A stretch of DNA of 64,000 bases. It comes from Iphione sp. A-MEVVRFRX5. Lineage: Eukaryota. Positions 1 to 11,692 of this stretch are shown here, piece by piece. How positions within the stretch are numbered: the stretch's first letter is position 1; each line of letters opens with the position of its first letter. The notes below the pieces were generated by a model that had not been told where the DNA came from, did not search any database, and was given only the letters and a program-made list of their open reading frames with translations. A program made the translations under genes and the position numbers. The stretch lies in assembly GCA_976226885.1 (NCBI GenBank), contig OZ320321.1:46438001-46502000 (forward strand). Direction: 5' to 3'.

Positions 1-2
1 TT

Positions 3-298
3 CAGGCCCATAGCCAGGAATTTTTGTGGGGGGTATCGGAAATTAAGGAGAAAGACCTCCTGACAAGTAATCACCATATTTCTTTACATTTCCTCATATT
101 TCTTCACTTTTCCTCACTGCTTCTGAGAATTTTTTCTCTGGCTGGAACTTCTGACAAGTAATCACCATATTTCTTCACATTTCCTCACATTTCTTCACTT
201 TTCCTCACTGCTTCTGAGATTTTTTCTCTGGGTGGAACTCCTGGCTTTTGTGTGGGGTATCAGCCGATACCCCCGATACCCCACCAGCTACGGGCCTG
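3..298. mobile_element. MITE-like non-autonomous DNA element with terminal inverted repeats
   Basis: The left end CAGGCCCATAGC...GGGGTATCGG mirrors the right end CCGATACCCC...GCTACGGGCCTG. There is no ORF. The TSD cannot be assessed at the window edge. Confidence 0.6.
60..241 (+). repeat. 91-bp tandem duplication inside the MITE
   Basis: CTGACAAGTAATCACCATATTTC... starts at 60 and again at 151, with few mismatches. Confidence 0.85.
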
Positions 299-850
299 GT
301 ATTTCATGCCTTCTTCTGTTAGTATAATTTGCCTTCTCCCTACATTTGAATACATTGGTGCATTACTCGTCGTTTGCAAGGGAATCTATTCATGCAACAT
401 TCACCCATGTCGACCGAATGAATAAAATGAAACTTTATGATGTCTCACTGTATTAAGCGAATCTTAAGAAACATCACCTTGGAAACTAAACATTTAAACA
501 TCTTACCTTTCAATGGATGATTTCATGTGTCCTCCTTCCAGCAACGACAGCCTGGGTACGTCAGCATCTTCCCTCATTGAAGAGAGCGTGAGCCCAGCTG
601 GAATCCAATAGCATGTTTTTAGGTATTCGTTGACTTAAGTAAATGGAGGAAAACATGTGTCCAAGTACAAATAGTACTCGGAGGTACTGGCTTTTTGAGA
701 CGATTGTTGTAGGGTACTCTCATGTGCTCACAATTTGGTAGGCAGACACACTTGGCTATACATCATGTTCATCCCTACCATGGTAAAGTATTGTATTCAG
801 CACTTTTCTCGGTACTTTTCCATCGTACGTCTTAGTAATTCCGTATCTAT

Positions 851-864
851 CCGCTAGAGGGCAG
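851..864 (+). promoter_or_regulatory. CTCF-like binding motif
   Basis: CCGCTAGAGGGCAG closely matches the CTCF core consensus. This is a motif match only. Confidence 0.4.
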
Positions 865-2683
865 TGCGCGGTATACAATCCCAATGAATTCCATTTTGTT
901 AATATGCTTTCCAAGCTTTTTTTTACCAATGAACGAATGGAGCCTAGACTGTGCATTGTCTTATGTAAATAAAAATACCCATGGTAACAAAACAAAACCA
1001 GTTTTCAGATAAACTGACCGAGCACAATGTCAAACCTACCTGTTTGTAGTGAAAACACCCTGTCATCTGTGTATTTTCGACCGACAATTGACTACATACA
1101 TGTATCTGTAGTGATAAAAGTACTGGCCATGATTACCATGATTTACTAGAAGGCGCCATTAGTTAAATAGCTAATCACCTTCCCCGCATAAAAGAATAAG
1201 GCAAAAAATAATGGTCTAAAGGTATATACCGTCTTAAACAGCATAGATTGCAGGGCATATTTAATTATATTTACTACATATCTATGGTAGACATGCAGGA
1301 GAATGGCTCTCGCCTTACCATCGGCCATAGTTATCAGTGTAAATAAAAAGGGCGTTACGGTGGTTCGTATGTGCGACAGGTTCAGAAGGTGATTATATTG
1401 CTCGGGGAGTAACTCGGCGCATAACGCTAGGGCCGTTATACGTCAATTGACGCACTGTCTACTCGCCCACCTACCAGAAGAGGCCTTTTCCTCATTATTA
1501 CCATCTGCCAGAAGCCCTCAAGAGTTGACAGGGAGATATGCACCCCACTAAAAGGAATTCTATATCTGCAAAATGCATCCATGTCTCCGGGGTACTTTAA
1601 ATGTATGGACCGATTAAGGGGATGCTGCTGCACTTTTCTTTTCTATCAGACTGCATGGGCTTCAATGGATGGGGGCAGGGAGGGGTGGGGGTTAGTCTTG
1701 CCTCAGGACTGGCGGACAGGGACCGGCGCTGAGTGGGGTGCTCAAAAAAGCATTCGTCTGTTGTCGGGCAATAAAAAAAACCCTTTTATATTTGATTTAT
1801 GAACAGTTTGACTATATATACAGATGAAACGGTCCTCAATTAGAAATGGTGGATACGTATGGACATGAGATGATGCTTGCTCTCAGCATGGCCTGAGTAC
1901 CAAATGCTTCCGAAATAATATGATAAAATATCAGGACAATTCGCACCATTGGCAACCCGCACTATACCCAACTCATATACCAGTACACACTTAGACCAAC
2001 AGCAACTCTTACCGAAATCATCTCATGTCATCGCTGATCTAGCACGTTCACGTCTCTGTCTGATTTAATTGAATTGATGTAGTTTATAGCAAAATAGTTT
2101 CATAATGTCTGCTTTATATTCATACTACATTTAAATCCTCTGAGAGGGCATTAAGTTGAATTCGACTATCTCCATAGCATGCACAGAGTCTTTTTTCCAA
2201 GTCATTGCGAGGAATTCCTAAAGGAAGTGTGTATAATAGTACATGTGCAGACAGTAGATTATAATGAAGGAATTAAAAATAAATGCAGTGTTGAACATGA
2301 AAATAAGTAAATATCAAAAACTTTCACGCTCTCATGTATCCTACGTGTCAATTATGGCAAACACACTAAAAACTTGCACTGTTCTCACGTATCGCAGTGC
2401 AGGTTCTTTATACAAGTAATTATGTAATTTTAATAATCCTGTTATGTGGTGACATCATATGAAGAAATATACAGTGGCTCTCAAAAGCGAATACTTGACA
2501 TTATGATATGTGGCATTTGCCGAAACATGATATGCATGCTCGGTTCACTAAGTAAACTGTATGTTAAAATTAAGTATGTCCATAAACAATATAAAAAGTT
2601 ACGAGATCATGCATCATCAGGGAAGAAGGTAGGGGTTTATTATGGTGTGAGTGGTTTATGGTCAAATTTGGTAATGATCCAGG

Positions 2684-2960
2684 TTAGTCATGGTGTGAGT
2701 TAGTTATAGTGAGAGCTGCTTATAAGTGCGAGTCATGTATGGTGCGAGTTGGTCATTGTATGAGCTGGGCAATGGCTGTTAGTCATAGTGCGAGTTAGTC
2801 ATGGTGTGAGCTAGTCATTGTATAAGTTGGCTATGGTACAATTTGTATATGGTGTGAGTTTGTTGCTTGGTGTAAGTCAGTGATACTGTAATATTTTATT
2901 TGTTAAGGTGCGACTTTGTTATTGTTTGGGTTGGTTATAGTGTAACTTGCTTATTGTGCG
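2684..2960 (+). repeat. degenerate ~16-bp minisatellite (TAGTCATGGTGTGAGT-like)
   Basis: Repeated variants include TAGTCATGGTGTGAGT, TAGTCATAGTGCGAGT and TAGTCATGGTGTGAGC. Confidence 0.7.
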
Positions 2961-3086
2961 AGTTCCCATATGATCTGGATTATCAAAAATCTTAATACCA
3001 CCTCCAACATACATCAAATATCACTGATTGAGCAAGATCTGTGCCTTAAAGAACGGCTGAGCAGATCGTCGATAAAACGTACTTAC

Positions 3087-3264
3087 CGGACTGATGAAAT
3101 CATAAAAAAAGCCATCTCGCCGTCTCCGTCAGTACATTTACTTAAGGCACTACAATCAGACATAATCCCAGCTGTCTCTCTTAATGATCCGCATAGTGCA
3201 ATAATTTTGTGATTGCTTCTTTCTTTTAACTGAATGGCGCGGTCCATGGTGTACGGTAGGCTGA
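3087..3264 (-). other. candidate isolated internal exon of an unknown gene
   Basis: On the minus strand a T-rich tract and CTGCAG precede, and GTAAGT follows, a segment with one open frame (SLPYTMDRAIQLKERSNHKIIALCG...FMISSV). No homology was recognised. Confidence 0.25.
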
Positions 3265-5410
3265 CTGCAGAATAAAATATCGAAATCAATAAGAAAACGT
3301 GTATAGGGCGAGTGGAAGATTGTTTCATATCTATTTTAGATAAACTATGTTAACTTAAAAGATAAGATAAAGATAAAGTATGTTGATTTTTTCATGAAAG
3401 GTAAGGTAAGAAGCTGAATAAAGAAACAGAAGAGAAGAGGGAGGGAGGGAAGGATGAGGGAGAGTAAACATGAAAATTGTACCTGCCTGAAGATAAATGG
3501 AGATGAGTTAAAGAAGAATTTAGAGAAAGGTTCTTGGGGCAATTAGTAAAATTAACCTATGCCCATGATTTGGTGTACTCAACCAGAGTTTTTGAACTAC
3601 AAGTATTACAAATTGATCAAATAGTTCTCCATTTGCATAAAATGAAACGAGGCTTTAAAAACATATCTAAATTATACATTGTATCAGGTTTGCAATCAAA
3701 AACCCTTCGAAAACACATTTGGCTCGGACATTATCTACCATATAACTTGTCCAACATGGTGATTTTTTTCTCAGTGATCTGGCCTGAAACAAGTCATCGA
3801 TCTCCTGGAAGTAACATCTGTCCCTTGTCCAGTTGTGACAAAGCTCGGACAGAGACAAAGTGAATGTAGTTAGATGCCAATAGAAATATATCAATATCTC
3901 TGAAGATTTAAAAGATAGGGATTAGTACTCTGCACGGATGTAGGTGGAACTGTGGTAGGCATTTGTTTGTTTAACCTCTTTCTAACCGTTCTTGGGAGAT
4001 TAAGCTTTAAGGCTGAAGACAGTGTAACCTCACTAATACCGTCACCATGGGCTCCCTTTGGCAGGAATAAGGAACGGGGGTGGATTAGTGAGATGACCTT
4101 ATTAGTGAGGTGACCGTACCGTGAGGGGTCACTGTAGGTTAGGCCCGGACAAATAGCAACTGCCCTCCCACTCAACCATGTTGCCGTGACACCAGGCAGT
4201 AGGCAGAGCTTCGTTCAGACCTCTGCATAGTGTTTACATTCTTCGTAGAGCTATTCATGTCTCTTACTCTGGAAAGTCGTGAAAATCACAGTATAGAAGT
4301 ACATGTAGTTTATTTAATATTCAACTTGCTTTCTTTGTCAATCTCAAGTACAATCTCTTTCTGTAGTTTTGCCAGCGAAACATATATTTGAATTTGAATT
4401 TGAATTTTTATTAATCCTTCTTTGTCGGTTGTACAAAGGTATCCGGGTTAATAAACGTAGGTACAAATATGAATGACAAGAGACATGTATACATACGAAG
4501 AAACAAAGACTGACGTATGACAGAGTACACAAGCACAAAAGTACAGAGAATATGACTCGATCACAACACGATAGTAGGTTAAGTGACTCGGATTAGCAGG
4601 ACTTGCTCGTGGACATGTAATCCGCTGCCGCGGTTGTAGAAAATACCATGATAGGCTTACTTTGTGAGAATGACAGTAGTTACACGAGAACATATAATTC
4701 ACTACCGCGGTTGTAGCATATACCAAATTTTTTGCCAGGACAGGACACACTCACACCACATGACGCTGGTTTGGTAGGGTTGCTGGCAGTATGGCCGCTT
4801 ACCAGGGAACGCGAAATAATGGCGGTTATGATATGTAAAGGGAAAAACGGATGATGCATTAGATGATACTACACCTAAGGGGCCACAGTCTGTTGGTGTA
4901 AGACTCGGAGTCAGTTGACTCATACCAGTTGCCTAATATGTGCTGAAGGTGGACCGCCTTGATGCCTGTGTTTATCGCAGACAGCGCACAGCCATGATCA
5001 TTTTTGTCCTTGACCAACTTGACCAATGCGCCTATGTAGTTCTGATTACAATTTGGATATTGCTGAGTGATTAGGCTGAGTGATTAGGTAGGGGCCGGAA
5101 AAGGAGAGGAGGGGGTCGACACCGTATGTCGATTGAGGTTTTCACGGTTCTGTTAGTACGGGAAGTAGGAGAGAAAGTCTGGATGGTGCAGCAAGAGCTT
5201 AGGACGGTTGTGCATCAGTTAGGCATGGTAGTAGTTGTTAGTTGGTGTTAGGAAGCGAGAGGTGGGATGTGCGAATTGCGACGAAGTTTCTCTAACATCT
5301 GGAACCAGGTGGTCCACAAGATACTGGTCTAGCACGGGTCGATCTGCCCATTCGCTCGGTTAATGAAGTGGGATACACTCATCACTCTGCGTGTTAGCCG
5401 CCAGAGAAGG

Positions 5411-8200
5411 CTACAACTCTCTGTGCGGGCCTGTTTCCACTTGCTTGTTGGCCCAGCTCCTGAAGTTGGGCCGGTCCTTGCTTTTCATCGAATCAGGAAG
5501 CTCATTCCAGGCCACAACTGCCTTGAAGCGTAGGCTGCGCCTGAAGAATTGATTCCTTGGTTTCGGGGTAGTCCCTCTATGCGTCATACCCCGTCGCGTC
5601 TTAGTGCTTTTAGCCTTCGGTAGAAGCCCAAGCATCATCTGATGATGAATGGCAGCCAGTGCTCTCTGTTCCACAAGTCTGTCTATTCTATCTATCTTGA
5701 ACTTTGCTGCCAGGGTTCGCGCAGACAGGAAGGTGTGTTTTTGCAGACAGATCCGTGCACATCTGTTTAGATGTGTTTGGAGGTTGATCTTGGCCGACGA
5801 AGAACAAGCATAGAATAGGACAGCCGGATAGGTGATGTGTGGTAGGACTAGCGCCTTAAATAGGTGCAGTCTCACTTTAATTGGGAGTATAGGTTTGGTC
5901 CTCCCAATTTTCACTGCGGCTGTCCACATTTTCGCCTTAGTCTCTTTTAGGGCTACTTTGAAGGTTAAGCGTTCATCTAGCGGGTACCCCAGGAGTCGGA
6001 TGGTGTCAACACGCTCCAGTGTATCATCGTTGATCTTCAAGTCGAGGTCTACTCCAGCCGCGTTGCATAATGTCATGTACTGGCACTTATTTGTGCTCAG
6101 TAACAGACCTACACTGTCAAGCCATCGACAGACTGCATTGATGGTTCTTTGCGCCGCGGCTCTTAGACGCAGGAGGTCTCTTGCATTCACGACTATAGAC
6201 AAATCGTCAGCATACATCACCGCACTGGCCTCTCCTGGGAGGTGCTTGACGACGCCATCCATGATCAGGTTGAATGCTTGAGGGCCGAAGACTGATCCCT
6301 GAGGTACACCTTGGGTGATCGATCTTAGACCCGAGGCTGCGCCGTTGCATTTTACGTATTGTGTGCGACCATCAAAGTAGCTCCGTAGCATTCTCCTTAG
6401 CCTCGGCCCAGCACCAGCTTCATTTAACTTGTCCAGGACCCCGGCTGATGGAACGAGGTCAAATGCTTTCTTCAAATCGAAAGCGAGGATGCAGCAATAT
6501 TTGTCGGCATTTAGAAGTTCCATAGCAGTCAAGAGTAGTTTGACTATGGCAGTTTCTGTACTACGGCCTCACCGAAATCCATGTTGTTCCTTATGTAGGA
6601 AATCGCGTTTGTCTAATTCCTTGGTGATGGCGTTGACGACCCATGTCTCCAGTACCTTCCCCGGAAGGGGGAGGATGGAGACAGGTCTGTAATTGCCGAG
6701 CTCATTAGGGTCTCCCTTTTTATGTAGCGGTGTGACCCTCGCTTGTTTCCATGAACTTGGGTAATTGCCCGCGATGAGGATACCTGAGAAGACTTGACTA
6801 AGAAAGTCTAAGTTCTTCAGGAGGAGTGGTTTCAGAATGCAGCTCGGTATGCCATCAATCCCTGATGCTTTCTTAACGTTCAACTTGCTGACCAGGGGGC
6901 GTAGCTGGCACGGCGTAGGCGACGGTACCTCAAACTGCTCACCATGATGACGGAACTCCCCGCTTCCAGTCCATTGTCTTCCTTCGGCTAGTTTGTCAAC
7001 AACATCCACAAAGTGATTGTTTAAGCAGTCAGCTACAGAGTCCCCTGGCTTGTCCGTTACAGAGTCAAGCTCAGGGAGCACCAGCTGTCTTTGGCTTCTC
7101 CCAAGGACTTCGTTGAGTACAGCCCATAGTTCATCACTAGATTTTCCAGCCTCGGTAACCCGGGCTGTCCAGTAAGCTTTCTTTTCTTGTTTCACCGCTT
7201 GCTTCACTCTCTGGGCTAGGAATCTGAAGATCCTTAGTGCGTCTTCGTTCCCATATTTCTTCCACTTCCGGAAGTAATATTTTCTGTCTTCGATAAGGTC
7301 CAGTGTCTCTCGGCTCGGGCGAAAGCCATCCTTCGGTTTAGGTTTTGATCTTCTCCTAATAGGGCACAATCTGTCCAAGATAGTCTTGACTTTCTCCTCG
7401 AAGTTCGCCCATAGTACGTTCGGGTCCTCCTTTAGATCAAAACCATCGCGGTGTAGCTCGTTATGAAGCTCCTCAATGTCCACGCAATGCCAGCGCCGTG
7501 ATTCGTAAAACTCCATATTTTGTCTTGGGCGCCCTTTCTTCATTTGGACCATCACAGGCAGGTGGTCGCTGAGGAGCCAATCCAAAACGGATGTAGTCGA
7601 TCTACCATGGTAGTTCACCCAGATGTGGTCAAGGCATCGGTTTGAGTTGATCATAGTTCCGCCTCTAATCAGCTGAGTCAGACCGAGTCCTCCTAGTGTC
7701 TCTGAGATTCCGGCTCCCGCCTTGCCTCCATCTGAGTAGTCATAGTTCATGTCGCCCATGACTGTAACATCGTATCTTCTATGTCTCCCTAGATGGGCAA
7801 CTATCTGCGAAAGATCTGGAGTCGAATCCTTGACTCTGTCATGAGGCGGCCTGTACACTCCGAATATGGTATGCGGTCTTCTCATACCACATGTGACAGT
7901 CACTCCGAGTATTTCACTGACGCCAGCAGTTGAACTCAGGTTGAAGATCTGTTTGATAGAGTACGATTCCTTGATGTAGAAGATTAGGCCCCCTCCCCTT
8001 TTCTTGGTTTGGGATTCTCTGTCTTTGCGCACCATGTTGTATCCGTCAATCGCTACCTCTCCGTTGGCATGCGTCTCGTTGAGCCAAGTCTCAGTGATGA
8101 GACAGATATCGATGTCATCTTCACGTAGGTGGAACTTGAGCTCGTCTATCTTTTTCGGCAGGCTTCTTATGTTGTATGACACTATGCGAATCCCCCTCAT
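5411..8200 (-). pseudogene. LINE ORF2 (APE endonuclease + reverse transcriptase) with one in-frame TGA at 6571-6569
   Basis: APE motifs: IVSYNIRSL, LITETWL, MGDMN, LDHIW, SDHLPV. RT motifs: YRPVSILP, HGFR*GRST, FDLKKAFD, VPQGSVFGP, YADD. The C-terminus has the CR1/L2-type AWNELP. The two track ORFs are in the same frame, 12 codons apart. Confidence 0.95.
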
Positions 8201-9544
8201 TGTTGGATGTGCAGCTTCGCTGCAAAATGACAGGTGCCTTTGCTAATTCGCAAATGCCCGCCACATCAAGCAGACACTGGAGAGATGTGATGGGAAAAGG
8301 TTGAATATTGACACGAACAGGAGTTAAGGCTATGTGACGTGGAATTAAATTGAAAGTATTGTTTCGAGATAGAGGTAGTTGTTAGTCGGGACTGTTAGAT
8401 GTGTTAGTATTGCAATTATGGCTAAGTAGGCGCTCCCTTTGTCAATAGCAGACTCAGTGCCATGATGGGGCAAAAATATACAGAAGTTACAAGTAGATGG
8501 CAGCACTGTTTTGAGTTTAGCTCATGCAGGAACACTAGCCAGACGGAACAGGACTTTTCAAACAAAGAGACATTTTTATTCCGAATAGGAGCTAGTCATT
8601 CAGTTTCTTCTATTACAAAAATTCTTAGACGATAACAACACTGAGAACATCATCAAATAATTGTTGTCAGCGTTTTGCTTACCGGAAGTATAGCTCAGTT
8701 TCATGCGTTACATATCCTACTAATTCTGATCAGTTGGTAGAACCATTGGTCCCACAAAAACGCAAATAAAACATGTAACCAGTCTGTCTTGTTACTCAGC
8801 AAATCATATGCATCCCCGCTCCCCCTCTGTTGTCCCCATCGGACATCAAAAACCGTGACACATTAGCTGTAGCAGATTATAGCAAATCGCAGCCGTCAGA
8901 TAAGTTGTTCCTGAGAATCCTTACTATGGTAAACAGATGTTAACTGTCGGCGTAATTAAAATAGCCACCGCAGCAGTTGTTACAAGGACGGACGGTGTGC
9001 TAAGTGATTACCGTCAATGATTAGTATGTCGAGAAACAATAGTGAATAATTTAGCATGTACCAGGATCGGCCGGCTTGCTGGAAGTAAACATAATAAGAC
9101 ATCTCAACTGGCAGATAGCAGGATGGACAATTTTGCCAGAATAGTCAAATATCGGTTTGGTGCGTGTAAAACGGCTGGCACGTCAGCACTATATGGATAA
9201 TACACAAAGATAAAGGTTCAATTCGGCTGAAAAATCACAGTGAATACTCATATTATAGCAAAAGCATAGCAATTCAACAGATATCAGATCACTGGTTTTG
9301 CTGAGATCGAGTAATCGGAAAGACTTACGTACCAGGACCTGCATGATCTAAATTCAGTCAGTGTCAAGTTCGCATTCCTGGGTACTCATGGCATATCAGC
9401 ATGTTAGATGGTATCAAATGAGATAATATCAAGAGAGGTGTAGCAGGATGAACTACTAGGTAACCTTAAAATGCGATCAGAATACTTTGGACCTTATTTT
9501 GGCATTTTCACTCTTGGCAGATGGATTACCAGGTAATTATGTCC

Positions 9545-10183
9545 TTAGACTTCAGTACCAACCCTTGCACGGTAGTTAACCATGGACCGGAAAAAGCTGG
9601 CCAACGTCGAGGTCCAAAAGGCTACAACATTCGCAACCGGCAGGAAACTGTCCACTGAAAGAAATTCTTCCAGTGGTTTGACTGAAAGATTGTTGTAAGC
9701 ATTCACTGGTAAGTCCAGGCGCGGCGGATACAGCTTCGTTGGGATCGCGATCATATTGCAAAAGGCATTGTGTGTTGATACGAGGGTGTTGGCGATGATC
9801 TGCTCCTCTTCATCGACGATGTCGGGCTCAAGTTGCTTGACAAGAAAACCGGCCATGGGGTAACATAACACGATTGGGTCAGTCCCCATGGGGCCGCGAG
9901 CCCAGCCCTGAATTTTATTCACATATTTTTTCAGGGTATCCAGGTAGAACAGCGGACTGCGATGGCGTGCTGACCACTGTCCTGTTTCTCTATGGAAGAT
10001 CTCATTCAAAGAGAATGAAATCAGGATGAGGTCGTAGCACGATATGTCCACGTACAATCGGCGGCGCCATAGGTGCTTGTATGTACCTTTGGTCAATTCA
10101 AGAATGTGGATTGACATCGGGGGAAGTAGCTCACTGCTGAGTTTCTCCAGAGAGTCTCTCAGTCTATATATATACCCACACAT
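9545..10183 (-). CDS. putative LINE ORF1, SGNH/GDSL esterase-like fold, probably catalytically degenerate
   Basis: This 212-aa ATG ORF lies upstream of ORF2 on the same strand and inside the candidate TSD. Motif spacing resembles the SGNH blocks (YDLILISFSLNEI ~ HVGTND; IVLCYP; RLDL; SVDSFLP ~ DGxHP). Esterase ORF1s are known in some CR1/L2 elements. Confidence 0.5.
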   Translation of the reverse strand: MCGYIYRLRDSLEKLSSELLPPMSIHILELTKGTYKHLWRRRLYVDISCYDLILISFSLNEIFHRETGQWSARHRSPLFYLDTLKKYVNKIQGWARGPMGTDPIVLCYPMAGFLVKQLEPDIVDEEEQIIANTLVSTHNAFCNMIAIPTKLYPPRLDLPVNAYNNLSVKPLEEFLSVDSFLPVANVVAFWTSTLASFFRSMVNYRARVGTEV

Positions 10184-11350
10184 TTTTCACAACTCATGAA
10201 TGATCACTTATCATAGAGGTCACTCATTCCTTATAACACCACGTGAAAGAGATACCTGTGTACAAACATATTCCTATGCCATAGGCATCTTAGGCTTAAT
10301 TCGTACATCCAACACCAGGGGGCCATGGAACCCTAACATTACAGCAAAAATGGTAGGTAGATACAGAAAGATTTCATATTTTAGACATAACTTTGTGGAC
10401 ATAACCAGAATTATGGATGATTTTTTTTTCAAATGTACTCTATTAACTGGATTAAAACTTGACTTTTAAAACGATTAATAACTGTATAAATCTGGGAAAA
10501 TTTTTCGCCCACACTTTTTACCCCAAGGTTTATTTGATTAGAAATATAATATGTTGACTACCTGGCAAAGAATTATTACAGTTGGGCCCAAAAGAGCTGA
10601 CCCACATCCAGAAGAGATGACCCATAGTAACCAGTGACTGTTAATTTCAATCCTGATGTGACCTAATTTGATGACATACTACAGTGCAGACATAACTAGG
10701 AATTCAGAGGATTTGGGTCAGGACAAAGGTCAATCCACAATGTGGTTTTTCAAGGCACAGGGAAACAATCAAAACAATATAGCTGTTGACCAGGATACAG
10801 TCAAGCCCTAACCAAACCTCAGACCACCAATTTCCTGGTGAACCACACAATTATTTTCCAAGAAAGAAGAAAACTTCTGATATAATTACTGTTCCCGCTT
10901 ACCAAAAATCTCAAGCCGGAAATTTCCACATGAACCACATGTCTTTAATCCGGCTTCTACACCTGAAAACCTGAGATAAACGACCAAATCCCACCCTGAA
11001 ATGAGCGGCCTCTCTGACACCACAGGGATCCACCAATGTTATTTCAAGAATCTCCCTGCGGCTCCATAACATGTACATTATGCTAATTTAACACGCAAGT
11101 CAGACTGTGTTCCCAACGTCACTAGTATAACCATACGCTAGAGAAAATTCGTTTTGATTCTGAATTCATGCACACATAAAAAAAGTGACACTAGATAATG
11201 CACACTTGGACAGTCAGTTCCCACTTCCCCGAATACCTTCCCCTACTTGTATGGGTTCCCAAGTTTTACACAAATTTGGTGTTTCAAATTTTGTTAACAC
11301 CTAGCTTTACTGCATCCTCCTTGCCCGGTTTTGGAAAAGTCAGCTATGTT

Positions 11351-11692
11351 TAGGCCAAAACAAAAATAGCTTTGTTTCTGGTCACCCACCCCTACCTAGT
11401 AAAACCTCCCCCAACCTAAAAATTCTTTGGTTTTCCAAAGAGTTTCCAAAGCTTAGTTTCCTGAGATACATGTTTTCACAGCACCTGTTTTGGTAAATTC
11501 AGTAGAAAAACAACAAAATACATGGAAATTCAGAAAAAAAACTGTAAAACTGATCAACATTCTTCATATTGTCTTTGTTATTGAAAATCAGGGAAAGAAA
11601 TTGGGACAACAATTAAAAAAAATCCCCCCATCCCTACCTAGGTTTTTGGCTGGGTGTGACCAGAAACACACCTATTTTTTTTTTTTTTTTTT
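11351..11692. mobile_element. MITE-like element with inverted termini
   Basis: AAAAATAGCTTTGTTTCTGGTCAC (left) is the approximate inverse of GTGACCAGAAACACACCTATTTTT (right). CCCTACCTAG occurs near both ends. Confidence 0.55.

Larger units (their letters stand above)
4386..10263 (-). mobile_element. CR1/L2-superfamily non-LTR retrotransposon, near full length
   Basis: It contains an APE-RT ORF2. The 3' end is AATAAA followed by a (TTCAAA/TCAAAT)n tail (plus strand 4386-4411). The candidate TSD is AAACATAT at 4378-4385 and 10264-10271. The 5' boundary depends on that TSD. Confidence 0.85.

Noticed and set aside
756-1633. Short minus-strand ORFs near the window start
   Set aside because: No recognisable domain, no consistent frame and no convincing splice pattern.
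4100-4222. WCHGNMVEWEGSCYL resembling the start of a C-type lectin domain (minus strand)
   Set aside because: A stop follows immediately, the acceptor is weak and no further CTL motifs appear.
5832-6692. Plus-strand ORFs overlapping CR1/L2 ORF2
   Set aside because: Antisense shadows of a GC-balanced coding sequence.
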